53,019 bases of DNA from contig JAWOAW010000015.1 in NCBI GenBank assembly GCA_046498345.1, forward strand, positions 1 through 53,019. The letters are read 5' to 3'. The position numbers and the translations under genes were made by a program. The notes beneath the pieces were generated by a model. That model worked only from the letters and a program-made list of their open reading frames with translations. It was not told the origin of the DNA and searched no databases. The stretch's first letter is position 1; every line of letters begins with the position of its first letter. Origin of the DNA: Thermoplasmatota archaeon. GTDB lineage: Archaea > Thermoplasmatota > E2 > UBA202 > DSCA01. This document shows positions 49,137 to 53,019 of this stretch, in pieces.

Positions 49137-49961
49137 TCACGTGGTCTTCAGCTTGCCCAGAATGGGCTCGTATATGGCACCCTTGTCCATCAGCGAGGTC
49201 AGCGCCTCCTCGACCAGATGGCGGTCGAGCCCCTGCTTCGCCGCATGGTCGACGATGTCGTCCCACAATGCCCCGTCGTCGCCCGCCAGCTCCTGCACCG
49301 CGGTGAACACCGCCTCCTCGGCGTCGTCCATGTCCTCCTCGTAGTCGATGCGGCCGGAGCTGAAATGGGACAGGGCCTCCCGGAGCAGAAAACGGTAATG
49401 CTCGACGTCGACGTCGTCGTAGGCTTCGGTGGCGGCCACCACGCCGCGGGCCAGCGCCGGCGGGTATCCGAGGTCGCGGAGCTTGTACTCCGAGGGCGGG
49501 TTCATGTCCAGCGCCTCCGTCATGGCCTCGATGCGCTGCCGGGTCTGCCGCGCCGCCTCGACGATCCAGTAGTCGCGCATGGCTTCGTCGACCTCCCGCG
49601 CCATTTCGGGGCGGACGGACACGAAGAGCACGCCGTCCTCCGGCTCGTAGGCCCGGGCTTTGCCGGCCACGGCCACGTAGCTGGGGGTATCCGCCTGGGA
49701 GAAAAACGTGGCTGCCTCGGGCTGGTATTCCCCGGCGTAGACGGCGTAGATGCCCGTCGGGTCGGAGATGTGGGCGCGCCACATTTCGCCGTCCTGCGCC
49801 ACGTTTTCCACGTCGGTGAGCACGCCCACCAGGTAGAGGCGGTTGACCATGGCGCCCAGCGGGGTGACCACGTAGGACGGCGACATCTGCTCCTCGCCTT
49901 CGACGTGGTGCATCGCGTCGTTGTATTCGCCGGCGTACACGCGCCACGCTGGCTCTCTCAT
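49137..49961 (-). CDS. RPA-associated protein (COG3390-like OB-fold protein) co-transcribed with rpa
   Basis: WRVYAGEYNDA...SYVVTPLGAMVNRLYLVGVLTDVE..., with a C-terminal winged-helix-like tail. It overlaps the rpa stop by 4 nt. Confidence 0.65.
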   Translation of the reverse strand: MREPAWRVYAGEYNDAMHHVEGEEQMSPSYVVTPLGAMVNRLYLVGVLTDVENVAQDGEMWRAHISDPTGIYAVYAGEYQPEAATFFSQADTPSYVAVAGKARAYEPEDGVLFVSVRPEMAREVDEAMRDYWIVEAARQTRQRIEAMTEALDMNPPSEYKLRDLGYPPALARGVVAATEAYDDVDVEHYRFLLREALSHFSSGRIDYEEDMDDAEEAVFTAVQELAGDDGALWDDIVDHAAKQGLDRHLVEEALTSLMDKGAIYEPILGKLKTT

Positions 49962-51241
49962 GTGTCTCCCTCCAGCTCGGCGAGCAGCTCGGCACCCTGC
50001 TGCTGGATGTTCGGCTCGATGGGTTCAACCGTGTCGACGATGACCGTTACCCCGTATTCGTCGGACAATGCGTTGCCTCTGACGTGCACGGGGTGGGCTA
50101 TCAGCCGGTCCATGATGGCCTGCTCGACGGCCTCGCCGCCCTTTTCCTCGGCCATCTCCTGGAACGTCTCCATCGTGGTGTCCATGAGCTTCTCCGTCAC
50201 GGAGCGGTCCATGATGGCGGTTACGGCGCCGGTCCCGTCGTCCACCACGGCCTTGATGCGCAGGTCCGGCGTGCCGTCGACCTCGCCGTCGATGACGCAG
50301 ACCCCGTCGCGCAATGCCCGGTTGCATTCGGGGCAGCGCATGATGAGGCCGGAGCCCCGCTGTATCTCGATGACCACGCCCTCCAGGGGCACGTCGACTC
50401 CGCCGCCGGTTTCCACGACCTTGTACATGGGCATGGTCCGGCTGCCGACCTGGTCGACCGGCATGCTCTCGTCCAGCTGCTCCACCGTGGCGTTGTCGTC
50501 GAACACCAGCTGGGGGGTGCCCTGCCAGGATTTGACGTAGGCGCCGCTGACGCTGACCACGTCGCCCTCGGAGATGCTCATGTCCGCCCAGACCGTGTAG
50601 CGTATCTTGCCCGTCCGGTCGCCCATGACGCCGCTGTACAGCGTCTTTGCCTCGTCATCCACGGTGACCTCGCGTTCCTCCATGCTCAGGATTTTTCCCT
50701 GCACCGACACGTTGGACAGGCCGGGGCGGAGGTCCGCCACGTCATACCGCTGCGGCTGCCGTTTCACCAGGTCGATGTCCCCGTCGGTTTTCTCCACGTT
50801 CGTCCATTCGGAGATGTTGAGCCGGGGCTGGCCGCCCCATTCGCCGGCGTAGGCGTTGTCCACCGCGATGACGTCGTCCTTCTCCAGGCCGAAGTCCTTC
50901 CAGGCGGTGAAGGGCAAAACGGCTGTTTCGTCGCCGATGATGCCCTTGTAGATGCTCCTGGTTTCCCCTTTGACCTCGACCTCGCGCTGTTCAACCGTCA
51001 CGATTTTGCCGGTGAAGCGAAGGCGCTTGTCCCCCGGGGTGACGTCCCCGAGCTTTTTTTCCGTGGCCGACGGCGCTGTCGGCGCGGCGCCGAACTTTTT
51101 GAGGACGGCCTGCTTCGCCTGGTCGACGGGCACGCCGTACTCGATGAACTTTTTGAGGTTTTCCTCGACTTCTTCCTTGCTTGCCTCTTCGTCGAGCGCG
51201 TTGATAACCTCGTCAACGGCAGCGTCAATGTCCTCTGTCAT
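49958..51241 (-). CDS. Replication protein A (three OB folds plus zinc finger)
   Basis: MTEDIDAAVDEVINAL..., repeated OB units (RFTGKIVTVEQREVEVKGETRSIYKGIIGDETAVLPFTAW; VSVQGKILSMEEREVTV...YSGVMGDRTGKIRYTVW) and CPECNRALRDGVC. The real start is 51241, not the track start 51517. Confidence 0.85.
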   Translation of the reverse strand: MTEDIDAAVDEVINALDEEASKEEVEENLKKFIEYGVPVDQAKQAVLKKFGAAPTAPSATEKKLGDVTPGDKRLRFTGKIVTVEQREVEVKGETRSIYKGIIGDETAVLPFTAWKDFGLEKDDVIAVDNAYAGEWGGQPRLNISEWTNVEKTDGDIDLVKRQPQRYDVADLRPGLSNVSVQGKILSMEEREVTVDDEAKTLYSGVMGDRTGKIRYTVWADMSISEGDVVSVSGAYVKSWQGTPQLVFDDNATVEQLDESMPVDQVGSRTMPMYKVVETGGGVDVPLEGVVIEIQRGSGLIMRCPECNRALRDGVCVIDGEVDGTPDLRIKAVVDDGTGAVTAIMDRSVTEKLMDTTMETFQEMAEEKGGEAVEQAIMDRLIAHPVHVRGNALSDEYGVTVIVDTVEPIEPNIQQQGAELLAELEGDT

Positions 51242-51294
51242 ATTTCCCCAGAAATGTATCCGCAGATGGCTATAAAGGTTTTGAGGACGGCCCG

Positions 51295-52497
51295 CTATTC
51301 CGTGGTCTCGATTTTGCCGTTGCGATGGTGTTCCAGAGCCAGGGTGGCGAAGAGCGTCGCCGCCGCGATGCCCAGCAGCCCGGCGAGGACGAGAAAGGGT
51401 ATCTCGAAGCCATAGCGCGTCGCTGCGTAGCCCACGACGGCAGAGATGGGGCTGCCCACCAGGATGTTCACCGAGCGGTAGAAGCCGAGTTTGCCGGCGC
51501 GGCCTTTGACCTCCCACTGGTTCATCAGGTAGTGGTTGTGCACCAGGAAGACGCTGGTAAACGTGGCCAGCAGGAAGCTGACGGCCAGCACCGCCGGGAA
51601 CAGCTGGAGGTGGACGATGGCGACGATGGCGGCGGTGCCCAGAGCGGTGAGCACGCCGACGATGAGCCGCGGCCGATATCGGTCGGACAGGCTGCCGATG
51701 ATGGGCTTCCAGATGAACCCGCCGAAGATGAGCACCGCGAACGAGATGCCGGCCTCCAGGCTGCTGAACGCTTTTTCCTCGATGAGATAGGTGGGAAAAA
51801 ACGAGGTGAATCCCATCCAGACGAAGATGACCGTCAGGTTGATGAGGAAGACGAACACCGTGGTTTTATCCAGGAAGACGGAAAACCCGTCCTTGAACCG
51901 CTCGACCACGTCGACATGTGACGGCCGCCGGGTGGACTCGCTGGACAGCAGCCAGAACAGGTAGGCGACCGCCAGGCTCACCAGGGCCCAGGCGACGAAG
52001 AACAGGCGCCACTGGTAGGCAGCTATGACCGGCACCACGATGGGCATCAGCCCGGCGACGCTGCCAGCGCTGCTCTGGATGCCCAGCGCCTTGCCCCGTT
52101 CCTTTTGGTAAAAGTCGGATATCATGGCGATGCCCGCGGTGGGGAAGCCGCCGGCGCCGACGCCGAGCAGGATGAGCACGGCCAGGAACATGAACGCGTG
52201 GACGGAGACCCCGATGAGCAGGTAGGCGATGGCGAAGGACAGCATGGCCAGCGTCAGCGTAAGCTTGCGGCCCCGTATGTCCGAGAAGATGCCGGAGGGA
52301 AACTGCATCAAGCCGTAGAAAAACCACATGCCGGTCATCCCGGCGCCGGCCACGGCGTGGCTCATCCCGAAGCTGGCCTCGATGTCGACCAGGATGGTGG
52401 AGATGCCATACCGGCCGGACAGGATGAGAAACCAGCCGATGGAGGCGAATATGAGCGCGATCTGCTCCTTGCCCAGGCGGGTCTCAAGGCGGGCCAT
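51295..52497 (-). CDS. Major facilitator superfamily transporter
   Basis: 12-TM pattern with the MFS loop motif FPSGIFSDIRGRKLT. The start is chosen at MARLETRLGKEQ (52497). Confidence 0.75.
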   Translation of the reverse strand: MARLETRLGKEQIALIFASIGWFLILSGRYGISTILVDIEASFGMSHAVAGAGMTGMWFFYGLMQFPSGIFSDIRGRKLTLTLAMLSFAIAYLLIGVSVHAFMFLAVLILLGVGAGGFPTAGIAMISDFYQKERGKALGIQSSAGSVAGLMPIVVPVIAAYQWRLFFVAWALVSLAVAYLFWLLSSESTRRPSHVDVVERFKDGFSVFLDKTTVFVFLINLTVIFVWMGFTSFFPTYLIEEKAFSSLEAGISFAVLIFGGFIWKPIIGSLSDRYRPRLIVGVLTALGTAAIVAIVHLQLFPAVLAVSFLLATFTSVFLVHNHYLMNQWEVKGRAGKLGFYRSVNILVGSPISAVVGYAATRYGFEIPFLVLAGLLGIAAATLFATLALEHHRNGKIETTE

Positions 52498-52537
52498 GGC
52501 GATGGGCGAATAGCCCCTCCTATATAAATGTGGTGGA

Positions 52538-52681
52538 ATGCCGCTGCTGCTCCTCGGCGTCCTCCTGATGGTTGTCGGGCTCCAGATATTCATCTCCGGG
52601 TTCCTGGCCGAGATCATGGTGCGGAGCTACTATCTCGCGCAGTCAGACAAGAGGTATTCCATCCGGGAAATCCTGGGGTAG
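52538..52681 (+). pseudogene. 47-codon ORF resembling only the C-terminal TM tail of a GT2 (Dpm1/GtrB-like) glycosyltransferase; likely gene remnant or mini-protein
   Basis: MPLLLLGVLLMVVGLQIFISGFLAEIMVRSYYLAQSDKRYSIREILG*. Compare the usual GT2 C-terminus LG.QL...G..GEY..R.Y.E...RP.Y.IRE. It is below the track length cut-off. Confidence 0.35.
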
Positions 52682-53019
52682 CTACAGCAGCTTCGGCAGC
52701 CCCTCGGCGAGCCGCCGCATGCCCTCCCTGACCTGGGCCACGGTGCTGTTGCCGTATGCGATGCGCAGCGCCGGCCGTCCCGTGGCAAACGCCTCGCCCG
52801 GCACGGTCACCACGCCGTACTCCTCGATGAGACGGAGGGCGATGTCCCAGGCCGCCCGGTCGGTGTCAAGCTGCAGGAGAAAATAGAACGCGCCGCGGGT
52901 CACCGGCAGCGACACCCCGTCAAGACCGTCGATACCGTCGACGAACACCTGCCGGTTCTCCGCCAGCGTGGAGAGAAACCGGCGGGGATAAGCCCCCTGG
53001 TCCTGCAGGGCAGCCGCGG
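52682..53019 (-). CDS. Class I/II pyridoxal-phosphate aminotransferase, C-terminal part (5' end outside the window)
   Basis: ...RGAFYFLLQLD...ALRLIEEYGVVTVPGEAFATGRPALRIAYGNSTVAQVREGMRRLAEGL. The frame stays open upstream to the window edge. Confidence 0.8.
   Translation of the reverse strand, partial: AAALQDQGAYPRRFLSTLAENRQVFVDGIDGLDGVSLPVTRGAFYFLLQLDTDRAAWDIALRLIEEYGVVTVPGEAFATGRPALRIAYGNSTVAQVREGMRRLAEGLPKLL

Noticed and set aside
1-53019. CRISPR arrays, rRNA genes, IS elements, large tandem repeats
   Set aside because: I noticed no regularly spaced direct repeats, no rRNA-like conserved stretches and no transposase-like ORFs anywhere in the window.

Overview
GC-rich (by eye about 60-65% G+C), very gene-dense chromosomal segment of a euryarchaeon. 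Archaeal hallmarks: PolD small subunit, archaeal 7S/SRP RNA, intron-containing tRNAs, RPA plus RPA-associated protein, Nob1, a PAC2 proteasome chaperone, preQ0/archaeosine genes queCDE, a PGF-CTERM surface protein and a DUF1724/FilR1-type regulator. A Thermoplasmata/Methanomassiliicoccales-like or related methanogen lineage is only a guess. I call about 60 protein genes, 3 tRNAs and 1 SRP RNA. Content is mostly housekeeping: feoAB-dtxR, tpiA, riboflavin reductase, hypB and hypCAD, hflX, trpS, purC, nth, rpa. An unusually large set of signal-peptide proteins is interspersed: two C25 peptidases, two NosD-like beta-helix proteins, a BNR propeller and a 1249-aa LTD/PGF-CTERM protein. Most long ORFs in the supplied track that lie antisense to these genes are GC-driven artefacts. 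Findings I consider most worth follow-up: (1) a 3.2-kb AT-rich islet (5957-9161) inserted at the 3' end of an intron-containing tRNA-Met(CAU). It is bounded by a 26-nt direct repeat of the tRNA 3' end, has matching TTTAC-NN-GTAAA palindromes inside both ends and no integrase, and carries a secreted caspase-family (C14-like) peptidase module. (2) A 28-nt motif with a perfect TTCCACTGGAA palindrome, conserved in three promoter regions (12921, 15988, 20520). (3) feoB interrupted by one in-frame TGA at a conserved Gly codon, directly followed by ATG. (4) A tRNA-His(GUG) with a 21-nt insertion in the T-loop. (5) Unusual domain fusions: secreted beta-helix-cyclophilin, and Zn-ribbon-HPPD-like. (6) A sulfotransferase/GT4/DedA cluster. 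Limits: all homology calls come from motif recognition by eye, not database searches. RNA ends are approximate to within a few nt, and start codons are best guesses.
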